Positions 37,287 through 47,089 are shown, counted from the first letter of the stretch. The stretch is 64,000 nucleotides of DNA from Gemmatimonadaceae bacterium (GCA_044224875.1 JBGAJQ010000002.1:128001-192000), one strand, 5' to 3'. Notes: generated by a model from the sequence alone, not told the origin. Numbers and translations are program-made.

Positions 37287-38618
37287 ATGACGACAATGGG
37301 AACGGCACGGATTGGCATCGCCACCGCCATGGTCGCGGTCCTCCTCGGCTCCGCGTGCCGGCGCGCTGGGCCCGAGGTGGGCATCCAGACAGCGGAGCCA
37401 GCTACTTGGATGGATGCACGCGGCTTCCTCAACCAACGCATTGAGGTCGACAACACCTGGATACATGTGGTCGACTATGGTGGTGTGGGTGAGCCCCTGG
37501 TCTTTCTCGCCGGACTGGGCAATTCGGCGCACGTTTTCGATGACTTTGCGCCACGATTCACCGATCGGTTTCACGTGCTGGCGCTCACCCGGCGCGGCTA
37601 TGGTGAGTCGGGGCGCCCGTCGAGTGGCTACACAACCACGCGACTGGCACAGGACGTCGCGGATGTTCTCGACTCGCTCCAGCTGCCACGAGCCGTGTTT
37701 GTCGGTCACTCCGTTGGAGGTGACGAGCTAACAGAGCTCGGCGCCACGCATCCCAATCGAGTGCGGGCGCTGGTCTATCTGGACGCCGCGTACGATCGAC
37801 ACGGGTTCACGGGGAGGACATTGGGGCGACTCCTGTTGGGCCAACTACCACCCACGATGCCGCGGCCCAACGCGCGTGATCGCAGCTCGGTGGCCGAGTA
37901 CGCCGGATACCTGGAACGCATCTACGGCGTGCGATGGCCGGAGAGTGAGGTTCGTGCGACACGCCGCTTCGACGTCAACGGCGCATACTCGGGCGACGCG
38001 ACGTCGGGATCGGTCAACCTCGCCGTTGCACGTGGCGAGTTGCCAATGAGGTATGAGCGGATCGGGGCCCCGACCTTGGCGATCTATGCGGTGGAACGGA
38101 GCGTCGAGCGCGACTATCCATGGATTCGCCGAATGACGATTGGGCAGGGGAAGGCGTGGCTGCAGGCGCAAAAGGCGCAGCGCGCCGAAGTCCGGTGGGA
38201 AGCGGAAAGTCGCAATCGATTGGCCGACGTGCTGCCGTCGGCAAGAATCGTGAAGCTGACCGACGCGTCGCACTATGTGTTCATCTCACACGCGGACACC
38301 GTGGAGGCAGAAGTGCGTGCGTTCCTTGAAGCTGATCGGGGGGCGCGGGCGAACCACGGCACGGAGCGGGCGATGTCCTCGGGACGTGCTCTCGAAGGTC
38401 AAACGACAAGCCAGGCACTTGGGGACCGCTGGGCCCCGTCGACCGAGTCATCCTTGACGTCTTCGGCGGTGCGTCCCATTGTGTACGTGGCGCCGGTCCG
38501 CGCCCAACCTCATGAGACTCCGCCCCAGCCGGAGTCGAGTGCGAGGCAAAGGGGGGCAGACTCCCGGATTCGTACCGTCGGTCCTTTGCGTTCACCATGG
38601 ATTGCTGCTGGGGAGTGA
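37287..38618 (+). CDS. Lipoprotein alpha/beta hydrolase (paralog of the upstream gene) with atypical C-terminal tail
   Basis: Lipobox GSAC, LTRRGYGES, GHSVGG, YLDAAYD, ASHYVF; similarity to the paralog ends at VRAFL (about 38327). Confidence 0.85.
   Translation: MTTMGTARIGIATAMVAVLLGSACRRAGPEVGIQTAEPATWMDARGFLNQRIEVDNTWIHVVDYGGVGEPLVFLAGLGNSAHVFDDFAPRFTDRFHVLALTRRGYGESGRPSSGYTTTRLAQDVADVLDSLQLPRAVFVGHSVGGDELTELGATHPNRVRALVYLDAAYDRHGFTGRTLGRLLLGQLPPTMPRPNARDRSSVAEYAGYLERIYGVRWPESEVRATRRFDVNGAYSGDATSGSVNLAVARGELPMRYERIGAPTLAIYAVERSVERDYPWIRRMTIGQGKAWLQAQKAQRAEVRWEAESRNRLADVLPSARIVKLTDASHYVFISHADTVEAEVRAFLEADRGARANHGTERAMSSGRALEGQTTSQALGDRWAPSTESSLTSSAVRPIVYVAPVRAQPHETPPQPESSARQRGADSRIRTVGPLRSPWIAAGE
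38454..38482 (+). promoter_or_regulatory. Putative sigma70 promoter TTGACG-N17-CATTGT
   Basis: Canonical spacing, immediately upstream of the structured leader. Confidence 0.55.
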
Positions 38619-38630
38619 CCCGTGGTGTAC
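38489..38630 (+). ncRNA. Candidate structured leader RNA with a 7-bp kissing-loop pseudoknot
   Basis: Stems GACTCCG/CGGAGTC, GCAAAGG/CCTTTGC, CACCATGG/CCGTGGTG; loops CCCCAGC and GCTGGGG are exact complements. Confidence 0.7.
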
Positions 38631-38646
38631 CCAAGGGAGACTGACG

Positions 38647-39378
38647 ATGACGAAGCAGAAGGACTTCAAGCGCCTCGTTCGCGCTCGCATGACAAAGACG
38701 GGTGAAGCCTACACCACCGCCCGCGCCCACATTCTCCGGAAGTCATCCAGCAAGCCCGCCGTGCAACGGACGAGTGTTGCAGCTGTGGTGCTGCGCGAGC
38801 CGACAGCAGCGGACTACGCGGTTCTTGCAGGGTGGAGTGACGAAACGATCAAGGCCAGGACCGGTTGCGGGTGGGAGAAGTGGGTGCGCGCACTGGATCA
38901 CAAGAAGGCTCACCAGCTGCAACACGGCGAGATTGCTGCCCTCGTCAAGTCCAAGTACAAGATCGACGGGTGGTGGTCACAGGCCGTCACGGTGGGATAC
39001 GAGCGGATCAAGGGCCTTCGTTCGAGGGGCCAACGCCGCGATGGGTTGTTCGAGGCCAGCAAGTCGCGCACGTTCGGGGTGCCGATCCGCAAACTGTTCA
39101 ACGCGTGGGCGGATATCGATGTCCGGCGGCGGTGGCTGGATGGAGTGGCCGTTAAGGTGCGAACGGCGACGGCGCCCAAGTCGATGCGGCTCGGATGGCC
39201 AGATGGCAGCATCGTAGTGGTGGGCTTCACACCCAAGGGCACATCCAAGAGCGTAGTCGCGATCGCACATTCCAAGCTCCCCGACCGTGATTCGGCGAAT
39301 CGCTTCAAGGCGTACTGGGGGGAGCGCTTCGACGTGCTCCACGAGGTCTTGTCCGCCTCGTCACAGGAAGCCAGGTAG
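38647..39378 (+). CDS. Hypothetical protein: basic N-terminal module, DUF4287-like middle, SRPBCC-like C-terminus
   Basis: MTKQKDFKRLVRARMTKTGEAYTTAR; IKARTGCGWEKW..HGEIA..GWWSQAVTVGYE; SKSRTF..LFNAWAD..HSKLPD..KAYW; GGGAGA RBS. Confidence 0.8.
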   Translation: MTKQKDFKRLVRARMTKTGEAYTTARAHILRKSSSKPAVQRTSVAAVVLREPTAADYAVLAGWSDETIKARTGCGWEKWVRALDHKKAHQLQHGEIAALVKSKYKIDGWWSQAVTVGYERIKGLRSRGQRRDGLFEASKSRTFGVPIRKLFNAWADIDVRRRWLDGVAVKVRTATAPKSMRLGWPDGSIVVVGFTPKGTSKSVVAIAHSKLPDRDSANRFKAYWGERFDVLHEVLSASSQEAR

Positions 39379-39408
39379 GACGGGGCCGCCGGCGACACGT
39401 GGACAGAG

Positions 39409-39437
39409 CGCGCGCACCGTGGGTGACGGTGCGCGCG
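39409..39437. terminator. GC-rich hairpin downstream of the 38647 gene
   Basis: CGCGCGCACCGT-GGGTG-ACGGTGCGCGCG, 12-bp stem, no clear U tract. Confidence 0.5.
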
Positions 39438-39708
39438 TCTCGTCACGGGTCAGTTACTGGGAGTCGGCGGGCGCGAGCACGCACCCCTGCTTCACGCGCA
39501 AACGGATGTCCCGCACAGCATCAAAGCGCCTGAACGGATCTTCAGGGAGAACAAGAAAGCTGGCTTCGTGGTCGCATGGCAAGATGTTCGTTTGCGGGTA
39601 GAAACGGTGGCGCGCCGTAGGGTTGGCTGGCATCGCCGCACACAGCCCGTCCCGGCTTCTCACGGCACCTCGTCGTATCGCCTGCGTCAGACGTCGGTCA
39701 CGTCGTCT

Positions 39709-40701
39709 CTAGCGTACGTCGGATGCAACGGCCCACGCCGCAAACTTTCCTTCCAGGTGGGGGAAGGCGGCGGACGCCTCCCGAGCGAAGCGAGTGAGCA
39801 GGTTGGTGAGATCCGACTTCGGCCACCATCGCACGGCCACGTCGCGCGCGCGATCGATGTCGCCGCACAAGCAGTGCTGAAGCATGAGGGACTCGATGCT
39901 CGATGCCGTCCCATCGTGCGCCTTGATCGAACCGTCGTGCCGGAAGGCGATGGCATCCTCATCGTCAGGCTCACTACGATCGACGGCGAGCGTTCCCTTG
40001 GCGTTCCGGCACATCCAGGCCGTCACATCCACGAGCGCGCCGCGCCGCCACCGGTAGATGCGCTCCGCGGCGACGCGGCCGACCATGCCATACCGCTCGC
40101 TGCCGAATCCTCCTTCCCAGGATCGCAGGATGGCACGTCCCATGGGGTCACGGAAGAACCCAGCGGCACCCTGACGCTGAACGGAGAGGATCCTGCGGGC
40201 GCGACCGCGCAAGGAAATCACGTCAATCGTCCAGCAGCAGTGATTCCCGCCCCCCGTATCGATCGTGAGTATCAAGTCACGCGCACCGTCACCATCGACG
40301 TCGAAGTCCAAGGCCAGCGAATCGAGCGACACGCCAAACCCTTCCTCGCGATAGGCAACACGTCCCTCGCGGTCGCGGATCGTCGCCGCGCAGCCATGCT
40401 CCACGGTGTCGGAGGAGTCACTCGTGTGCTCAACGGTGAGTACGTAGCGGCCTCTCGCCAGCTGCATCTCTCCGAGGGTATCGTCGTTCCCGCCATAATA
40501 GCAGTGCAGGGGAGCTCGCGCGGGCACTTGCGCCGAGAGAGGGCCGGATGCTCCGATGCAAATGACGGAAGGGGTCCACAGCGCTGCGCCGCGCAAGAAC
40601 CACCCCCTGAGACGCTGGAGGGTCACGGTCGCGACGGTACTACGACGTCGCAAGGAAGACGGGGTCAGGAGGTGCCTGCATTGTATCGACAGGTCGGTCA
40701 C
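39709..40701 (-). CDS. Hypothetical protein, probably secreted and Cys-containing
   Basis: Long ORF co-directional with acyl-CoA dehydrogenase; DVDGDGARD loop, GGGNHCC; true start probably downstream of 40701. Confidence 0.55.
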   Translation of the reverse strand: MTDLSIQCRHLLTPSSLRRRSTVATVTLQRLRGWFLRGAALWTPSVICIGASGPLSAQVPARAPLHCYYGGNDDTLGEMQLARGRYVLTVEHTSDSSDTVEHGCAATIRDREGRVAYREEGFGVSLDSLALDFDVDGDGARDLILTIDTGGGNHCCWTIDVISLRGRARRILSVQRQGAAGFFRDPMGRAILRSWEGGFGSERYGMVGRVAAERIYRWRRGALVDVTAWMCRNAKGTLAVDRSEPDDEDAIAFRHDGSIKAHDGTASSIESLMLQHCLCGDIDRARDVAVRWWPKSDLTNLLTRFAREASAAFPHLEGKFAAWAVASDVR

Positions 40702-40722
40702 CGCTTGGACAGAGCGTCTGTG

Positions 40723-41874
40723 TCAGAGGCCGCCGCGCGCAACGAGTTGGCGCACGATGACGTTTCGTTGAATCTCGTTGGTGCCCTCTCCGACGATCAT
40801 CAGCGGGGCGTCCCGGAAGTACCGTTCGACATCGAATTCGGTGGAGTAGCCGTAACCACCGTGCACGCGGATCGCATCGAGGGCGATTTCCATCGCGGCC
40901 TCCGAGGCGAAGAGCTTGGCCATACCGGCCTCGAGGTCACAGCGCTCGCCACGGTCGAATTGCTCGGCAGCGAAGCGAGTGAGCTGACGGGCGGCGGTGA
41001 GCTTGGTGGCCATGTTGGCGAGGTAGTTACCCACCGACTGGTGCTTCCAGATTGGCTCACCGAAAGTCTCGCGCACTTGCGCGTAGGCAAGCGCGTCCTC
41101 GAAGGCTGCAGCCGCAACACCCAGGGCCCGGCCTGCCACCTGCAAACGACCCGTCTCCAACCCCTTCATCATCTGGGAGAATCCCTGGCCGGCCTCTCCT
41201 CCAAGGATCGAAGCTACGGGCGTGCGATAATCGTCGAAGAACAACTCGCAACTTTCGACGCCCTTGTAACCGAGCTTGGGAAGGTCCCGCGCCACCGTGA
41301 GCCCCGGCCCGTGTTCGGCGAGAACGATGGAGATGCCGTGATGTCGCGATGCGGCCGCATCGGTCTTCACCAGCAGCGCGATGAGTGCGGATCGCCGGGC
41401 GTTCGTGATCCACGTCTTTGTTCCGTTGATGATGAGGTCATTCCCGTCGCGCACTGCGACCGTGGTGATCGCCTGCATGTCCGACCCGCCCTTCGGCTCC
41501 GTGAGCGCCATGGTGGCGCGAATGCTGCCGGTCGCCATGGCCGGGAGGTACGTGGCCTTCTGCGCTTCCGTTCCGAAGGCGACGAGCAACTTGGCCACAA
41601 CCGTATGCCCGCCCATGGCGCCCGCAAGGCTCATCCAGCCTCGCGAGAGTTCTTCCGTGACTTGTACATAGCACGGCATGGACACGGGGGTGCCGCCATA
41701 CTCTTCCGGCACGGCGAGCCCGAAGATGCCCATCTCCTTCATGGTTTCGATCCACGCCGTCGGGTACTCGTTGGCGTGTTCGAGCTCGCGGACGCTCGGC
41801 CGCACGTCGCGGTCGATGAACGCGCGAACAGTCGCCACTACGGCGGCTTCATCGTCCTTCAGGTGGTGTGGCAC
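40723..41874 (-). CDS. Acyl-CoA dehydrogenase
   Basis: MALTEPKGGSD, INGTKTWITN, KLGYKG, RETFGEPI, GMAKLFASE, HGGYGYS, GEGTNEIQR. Confidence 0.95.
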   Translation of the reverse strand: MPHHLKDDEAAVVATVRAFIDRDVRPSVRELEHANEYPTAWIETMKEMGIFGLAVPEEYGGTPVSMPCYVQVTEELSRGWMSLAGAMGGHTVVAKLLVAFGTEAQKATYLPAMATGSIRATMALTEPKGGSDMQAITTVAVRDGNDLIINGTKTWITNARRSALIALLVKTDAAASRHHGISIVLAEHGPGLTVARDLPKLGYKGVESCELFFDDYRTPVASILGGEAGQGFSQMMKGLETGRLQVAGRALGVAAAAFEDALAYAQVRETFGEPIWKHQSVGNYLANMATKLTAARQLTRFAAEQFDRGERCDLEAGMAKLFASEAAMEIALDAIRVHGGYGYSTEFDVERYFRDAPLMIVGEGTNEIQRNVIVRQLVARGGL

Positions 41875-41988
41875 CTAACGCCTCCGATGCGGGTCGCGGC
41901 GGACCTGCCGTCATGTGAGGCCATCGGCTCGCGCCGAGGGCTGCGGAGGTAAAGTATGACGGACTACCGCGCCCTCGCGAGCGCGCAG

Positions 41989-43245
41989 CTAACGTAACGC
42001 CAGCGGCCGAGGGGTCCCGGGACTACTGCCGGTGAGCACGAGGATCGCGTCGTACGCCTGAAGGAACCGATCCTGTGCCGCCGTGAGCGTGGAGCCGCTC
42101 CCGAGATACTGCCGACGAACAGCGTGCATGTCGAACAGTGACCATCCGCTCGATGCCAAGGCGGGGAGGAGCCACGTGGTGTACGGCAGTTCCACTTCTG
42201 CGTTTCCCGTCGGCTCGTATTGCCCGCTCAGGATGTTCATGCGTGTGGACTTGGAGCCGGCCCCGCCAAGCACCAAGAGGTTGAATGCGCGCTCGCCCCG
42301 TCCCTCCGCGACGATTGTTGCAGCCGTTCCCAAGTCCAGTGTGTTCGTGTAGTTCCAGCCGCGCATCATGTGGCTGCCGCCAAACTTGAACAGCACACGT
42401 GACGCGGGTCCGCCGCGCTCGCTGGCCGCCAGTGCCTTGGCGAAGTTCTCGCGCATGAACGCCGAGCGCATGAGGTTCGACTCGTAACCGCGTCCTTGGA
42501 GAAAGAGCCGGTTAATTCGTGCTGTGCGTTCGAACAGGTCGATGATCGCTCGCGCACGTGGCGGAATGGTCGCGCCGAATGCGGCGCGCAGAGCAGTGAA
42601 GACGGAGTCAGGCGCCGACCAAGCGAAGAGCCGCGACGGATTGTGCTGCGTAAAGACCATGGCGAAGCCGGTGTCGGCACTTTCGCGCGCCCGTCGGACG
42701 GCAGCCTTTCCTGACGGAGGCGCCAGTGCTTCCAGCTCCCGCAGGAACATCCGGTCCGCCGAGACATCGTAGTCGAGCCCCCAAATGCGCATGGGCGGGA
42801 CGTTGCCAGCGGGCCGTAGTGTAGAAGCCAGAAGGGTGCGCTCTTCGGCAAGCGTATAAAACGGAATCGACGAGTACCAGGTGGCGAGGAGCGAGTCGAG
42901 CGCGGTGTCGCTGCCGGTTTGCCCGGTCAATGCGTTCACTCGTTGGCCCTGCAACGGGCTGATTTCAATGGCGAAGGTGTTGTACCCGGCGGGACGGAGC
43001 TCACGCAGCAGAGCCTGGACGACTTGTGGTATCTGCGCGACGCCGTGCTCCTCGCCGACGAGAAAGAAGCGAGCGCGCTTTCCCTGGTCGACGAGGAGTC
43101 GCCCGCCATCCCCTCCGAGCTGCCCATCGACGAGGCTCACCGCGTGGCGATTGGCAATCAGGATTCTGGTGAGTGCCGTGTCCTGGGCAATCAGCCCCGA
43201 CCAGGGTGCGAACGCGGCAATGAGTACGGTGACGAGTTGGCGCAT
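41989..43245 (-). CDS. Secreted hypothetical protein, possibly EreA/ChaN-like fold
   Basis: Signal peptide; FFLVGEEHG, FAIEISP, IWGLDYD, KFGGSHM. Confidence 0.65.
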   Translation of the reverse strand: MRQLVTVLIAAFAPWSGLIAQDTALTRILIANRHAVSLVDGQLGGDGGRLLVDQGKRARFFLVGEEHGVAQIPQVVQALLRELRPAGYNTFAIEISPLQGQRVNALTGQTGSDTALDSLLATWYSSIPFYTLAEERTLLASTLRPAGNVPPMRIWGLDYDVSADRMFLRELEALAPPSGKAAVRRARESADTGFAMVFTQHNPSRLFAWSAPDSVFTALRAAFGATIPPRARAIIDLFERTARINRLFLQGRGYESNLMRSAFMRENFAKALAASERGGPASRVLFKFGGSHMMRGWNYTNTLDLGTAATIVAEGRGERAFNLLVLGGAGSKSTRMNILSGQYEPTGNAEVELPYTTWLLPALASSGWSLFDMHAVRRQYLGSGSTLTAAQDRFLQAYDAILVLTGSSPGTPRPLALR

Positions 43246-43547
43246 GCGAGCAATGTGGGGGAGTCGACACCTGCAACCTGTGGAGTGGCATGGCGCGTGG
43301 CAATTCGCCTCATCCCAATGGCAGCCAGGCCGTGAACCGGCAACCGTGGCGCGCGGCGGCACGTTGCGGTGACGAGGCCTGAGTTCTTTCACTCGCTGGA
43401 TGGTGAATCGCCCCGGACTCCGCGGGTGGCGTTCCCATGTGGATCCACGCCTTCCTGACACTTTCCCATGGCTACTTGCGTTGGGGTCCCTTGCCCCCGA
43501 GTTTGCCTTGCGCCAACGAGCCCGTGTCGCTGTAACGGAGCAATGCC

Positions 43548-46157
43548 ATGAGCGGTGATCTCCAACGCGAACTTCAAGAAGTCGTTGGAGATACCTACCA
43601 GATCGAGCGCGAGTTGGGTGGGGGCGGCATGTCGCGCATTTTTGTGGCGACAGAGCGATCACTGGGCCGCCGTGTCGTGGTCAAAGTCCTTCCCCCAGAC
43701 CTGGTCAGCGGGGTGAGCGAGGCGCGATTCCGGCGCGAGATCCTCGTCACGGCCAACCTACAGCATCCTCACATTCTCCCCGTACTATCGGCGGGGGCCA
43801 ACTCGGACCTGCACTACTACGTTACGCCCTACGTCGAGGGCCAGTCGCTACGCGACCGCCTAACGTTAGATGGTCCCCTATCGACGCCTGATGCCATCCG
43901 GCTCCTCAGCGACCTCGCCGGCGCACTCGCGCATGCGCACTCGCACGGAATCATCCATCGAGACGTGAAGCCGGAAAATGTCCTGCTGTCGGGCGATCAT
44001 CCGATCCTTGCCGACTTTGGGATCGCATCTGCGGTGCGACGAGCGACCCAGGCGCACCGGCTGACGGTCACCGGCGAGAACCCGGGCACGCCAGGCTACA
44101 TGGCGCCGGAGACGATGATCGAGGAGCGCGAATCGGATCCGCGGATCGACGTCTTTGCCTTGGGCGTGGTCGCCTACGAGTTGTTCACCGGGAAGATGCC
44201 GTTCGATGGCGCGACACCGCATGCCATGGCCGCGTCGTATTTCCGAGCGACGCCAACGTTCGCGGGCTTCAAGAAGGACGTGCCTCCAGAGGTCATTGCC
44301 GCGATCACTCGTGCGCTGTCGACCGATCCCACCCAACGCTTTCCCGATGCGGGCGCGTTTCTGGCCGCGATACGTTCGCCGCAGGCCGGCGGGGCGCGGA
44401 GCTGGACTAACCGTCGACGGATGGTGGCCGTCGGACTTGGTGTGGCGCTCGTGGCCGCGGTCGCCTTTGTCCTGACACGACGCGCGCCAGCGTCGCCAGC
44501 GCCAGGGGAGCCGGCAGCAAGTCGCAACATGGTAGCCGTACTCCCCTTCCGGAACCTCGGCGACGCCGGTGACGCGTACTTTGCCGATGGCGTGACCGAA
44601 GAGGTCACGAGCAGACTCGCATCGTTAGGTGGGTTGGGTGTCATTTCGCGCACCAGCGCCGATCAATACGCCAACTCCACTAAACCGTTGCGCGAGATCG
44701 CGCGCGAACTTGGGGCAGACTACGTGCTGGAGGGCAGCGTCCGATGGCAGCGCGCGCCGGGGGGAGGTGGTCGAGTGCGCGTGACGCCGCAGCTCATTCG
44801 CGTCAGTGACGACAGTCACGTGTGGGCCGAGGCGTTGGAGGCCGACCTGAAGGACGTCTTCACCGTGCAGACGCAGATTGCCGAGAAGGTCGCTGGCGCC
44901 CTGGCGGTGGCATTGCCAGGCACGCAGCGACAACGCATGGGCGCGTCGCCGACGGCCGACCTGAAAGCGTACGATGCGTATATCAGGGCGGACCAACTCT
45001 TCACTCGCGAAGGCGCCAGTCCGACGTCGCTCGTGCGCGCCTCGGAACTTCTCACGGACGCGGTGACGTCGGATCCCCGATTTGCCTTGGCGTTCGCGCG
45101 TCTGTCGCTTGTGCACACACGGCTATACGAAATGTTCGCCGATCGCACGCCGGAGCGATTGGCGATGGCTCAAAAGGCATCGGACTCGGCATTGGCGCTC
45201 GATCCGGCGCTGCCGGAGGGGCACCTGGCACGGGGGCGCCTGTTCGAAGGGACCGACAACCTGGCAGGCGCGGCCGCCGAATATGAACTGGCGGAAAGCA
45301 ACAAGCCTAACGACAGTCGCATCCTGGCTGCCAGTGCAGCGGTCATGGCCCGCCGAGGGATGTGGACCGAGGCCACAGCGCGCTTTCGCCGAGCGGCCCA
45401 ATTGGACCCGCGCTCGATTCAGGTCAATCTGGATGCCTCGGTGGCGTCCTCGTTCTCGCGTGACTACCGGACGGCGATGCGGTACGTCGAGCAGGCGATT
45501 CGCTCTGACTCGGGTGTCATCGATCCGTGGATTGCCAAGGGACGGATCGAGCTGTTCCTTCTTGGGGATCGCGTGCGGGCGCGCGAGACGATGCGTGGGA
45601 TCATCCTGCGTTTTGGTGCGGAGCGCGCGGCATCATCCGAAGGGTTCGACTTCGCGCCGATGGTGCTGGACACGGCGGATTTGACGACGCTATCGCGCGT
45701 ACCGGCGTCGGCGTTTGGCCGAGATCCTCTGGCGTATCACTTCTTTCGTACGCAGCTCTTCGAGTCCTGGCAACCGGCACGCGCTCGCGCGCACGCAGAC
45801 ACCGTCTTCATGGTAGCGCAGGATCTGGTGAAGCGTGAGTCGAACAACTTTCGCGTAGCGTCTGGTGCGGCCTACATGAACGCGATCACGGGGCAGCGCG
45901 AGGCGGCCATCACCGAGATGCGTAGGGCGTTGCAGCTCGCGCCAAGCACACGGGACCGCAGCGCCTGGTGTGAGGTGGCCACGATGGCCGTGCGGGTGTT
46001 CACCATGCTCGGTGAGAATGACGCAGCGATCGACCAGATCGAGCAACTGGTTACCACGCCAGCCCTGATGAGTGCCGCCTTCGTGCGCGGGGAGCCGCGT
46101 GTGGCGTCACTGCGCACCTCCCCGCGATTGCAGAGCATCCTCGCGCGCGCACCCTGA
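43548..46157 (+). CDS. Ser/Thr kinase with TM segment, TolB-like domain and TPR repeats
   Basis: GGGGMSRIF, HRDVKPEN, DFG, GTPGYMAPE; VAVLPFRNL..YFADGVTEE..VLEGSVR; C-terminal TPRs. Confidence 0.93.
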   Translation: MSGDLQRELQEVVGDTYQIERELGGGGMSRIFVATERSLGRRVVVKVLPPDLVSGVSEARFRREILVTANLQHPHILPVLSAGANSDLHYYVTPYVEGQSLRDRLTLDGPLSTPDAIRLLSDLAGALAHAHSHGIIHRDVKPENVLLSGDHPILADFGIASAVRRATQAHRLTVTGENPGTPGYMAPETMIEERESDPRIDVFALGVVAYELFTGKMPFDGATPHAMAASYFRATPTFAGFKKDVPPEVIAAITRALSTDPTQRFPDAGAFLAAIRSPQAGGARSWTNRRRMVAVGLGVALVAAVAFVLTRRAPASPAPGEPAASRNMVAVLPFRNLGDAGDAYFADGVTEEVTSRLASLGGLGVISRTSADQYANSTKPLREIARELGADYVLEGSVRWQRAPGGGGRVRVTPQLIRVSDDSHVWAEALEADLKDVFTVQTQIAEKVAGALAVALPGTQRQRMGASPTADLKAYDAYIRADQLFTREGASPTSLVRASELLTDAVTSDPRFALAFARLSLVHTRLYEMFADRTPERLAMAQKASDSALALDPALPEGHLARGRLFEGTDNLAGAAAEYELAESNKPNDSRILAASAAVMARRGMWTEATARFRRAAQLDPRSIQVNLDASVASSFSRDYRTAMRYVEQAIRSDSGVIDPWIAKGRIELFLLGDRVRARETMRGIILRFGAERAASSEGFDFAPMVLDTADLTTLSRVPASAFGRDPLAYHFFRTQLFESWQPARARAHADTVFMVAQDLVKRESNNFRVASGAAYMNAITGQREAAITEMRRALQLAPSTRDRSAWCEVATMAVRVFTMLGENDAAIDQIEQLVTTPALMSAAFVRGEPRVASLRTSPRLQSILARAP

Positions 46158-46339
46158 GCATCGTTCACCTGCACACCGGGACGTGTCGTCGGCGTGACGA
46201 CCGACACGGGTCGCGGCGAATCCCCGCTGGTGGTCGCGCGAGTGGTCGATTACCTCTCGCGCTCGTCAGGCAGCCGCTGTGCGAATGACGCAGGCGGGCC
46301 GAGCCGTGCCGCACCACCATATCTCAAAGGAATTCGACG

Positions 46340-47089
46340 ATGAACGTACGGGGGTTAGTTTCCATCGCCATCGCCACCTGTGTCGCGGCGGGCAGCGTCC
46401 GCGGACAGGATGCCAAGAAGCCACCCACACTCGAGTTCTCTGGCGATTTGGGGCTCGTCGACGTGACGGGCAACACGTCGGTCAGCACCTTCAACTCGAA
46501 TGAGCGACTGGTTCGGCGATTTGCGCACTGGGAGCTGCAACAGGTCTTTGGAGCGGTGTACGGGAAGACAGACGGGAAGGAGTCGTCGAATCTGTGGCGG
46601 TTGGGACTACGTGGCGACTACGGGTTGGGGTCGCGCTTTGCGTTGTACGGCCTGACCGCGTTTGACCGCAACAAGTTCGCTGGGATCAAGTCGCGATTCG
46701 CGGAAGGCATCGGTCTTGTCGGCAAGGTGATCGCGACGGATGTGGATCAGTTCAATGTGGAAGGCGGATTTGAGCTGACGCAGCAGGACAATGTGGATGG
46801 CACCAGTGACAGCTTCTCGTCGTTACGAGGAGCTACCAGCTGGAAGCATGCCTTCTCGAAGGCCGCATACTTCTATCAATCGGCGGAATTCCTGCCCAAT
46901 CTGAACGACAGCAAGGACCTCCGCATCAATACCGAGACCTCGGTGGTGGCACCGCTGTCGGCCCACATCGGGATGAAGTTTTCGTACGTGGTGCGCTTCG
47001 ACAACCTGCCGTCGCTCAATGCCGCCGGTACTGAACGGTTGCAGAAGTCTGATCGCATTCTTTCAGCCGGGATACAGGTGTCTTACTAA
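46340..47089 (+). CDS. DUF481 family outer-membrane beta-barrel protein
   Basis: Signal peptide, VTGNT, DRNKFAGI, alternating beta strands, C-terminal aromatic residue. Confidence 0.8.
   Translation: MNVRGLVSIAIATCVAAGSVRGQDAKKPPTLEFSGDLGLVDVTGNTSVSTFNSNERLVRRFAHWELQQVFGAVYGKTDGKESSNLWRLGLRGDYGLGSRFALYGLTAFDRNKFAGIKSRFAEGIGLVGKVIATDVDQFNVEGGFELTQQDNVDGTSDSFSSLRGATSWKHAFSKAAYFYQSAEFLPNLNDSKDLRINTETSVVAPLSAHIGMKFSYVVRFDNLPSLNAAGTERLQKSDRILSAGIQVSY

Noticed and set aside
39454..39663. 69-aa minus-strand ORF with a GAGG RBS-like sequence
   Set aside because: No recognisable motif; it may be a small gene or fragment but cannot be supported from sequence alone.
39568..41952. 794-aa plus-strand ORF
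   Set aside because: Antisense shadow of the acyl-CoA dehydrogenase and its neighbour; no recognisable motifs, typical of GC-rich DNA.
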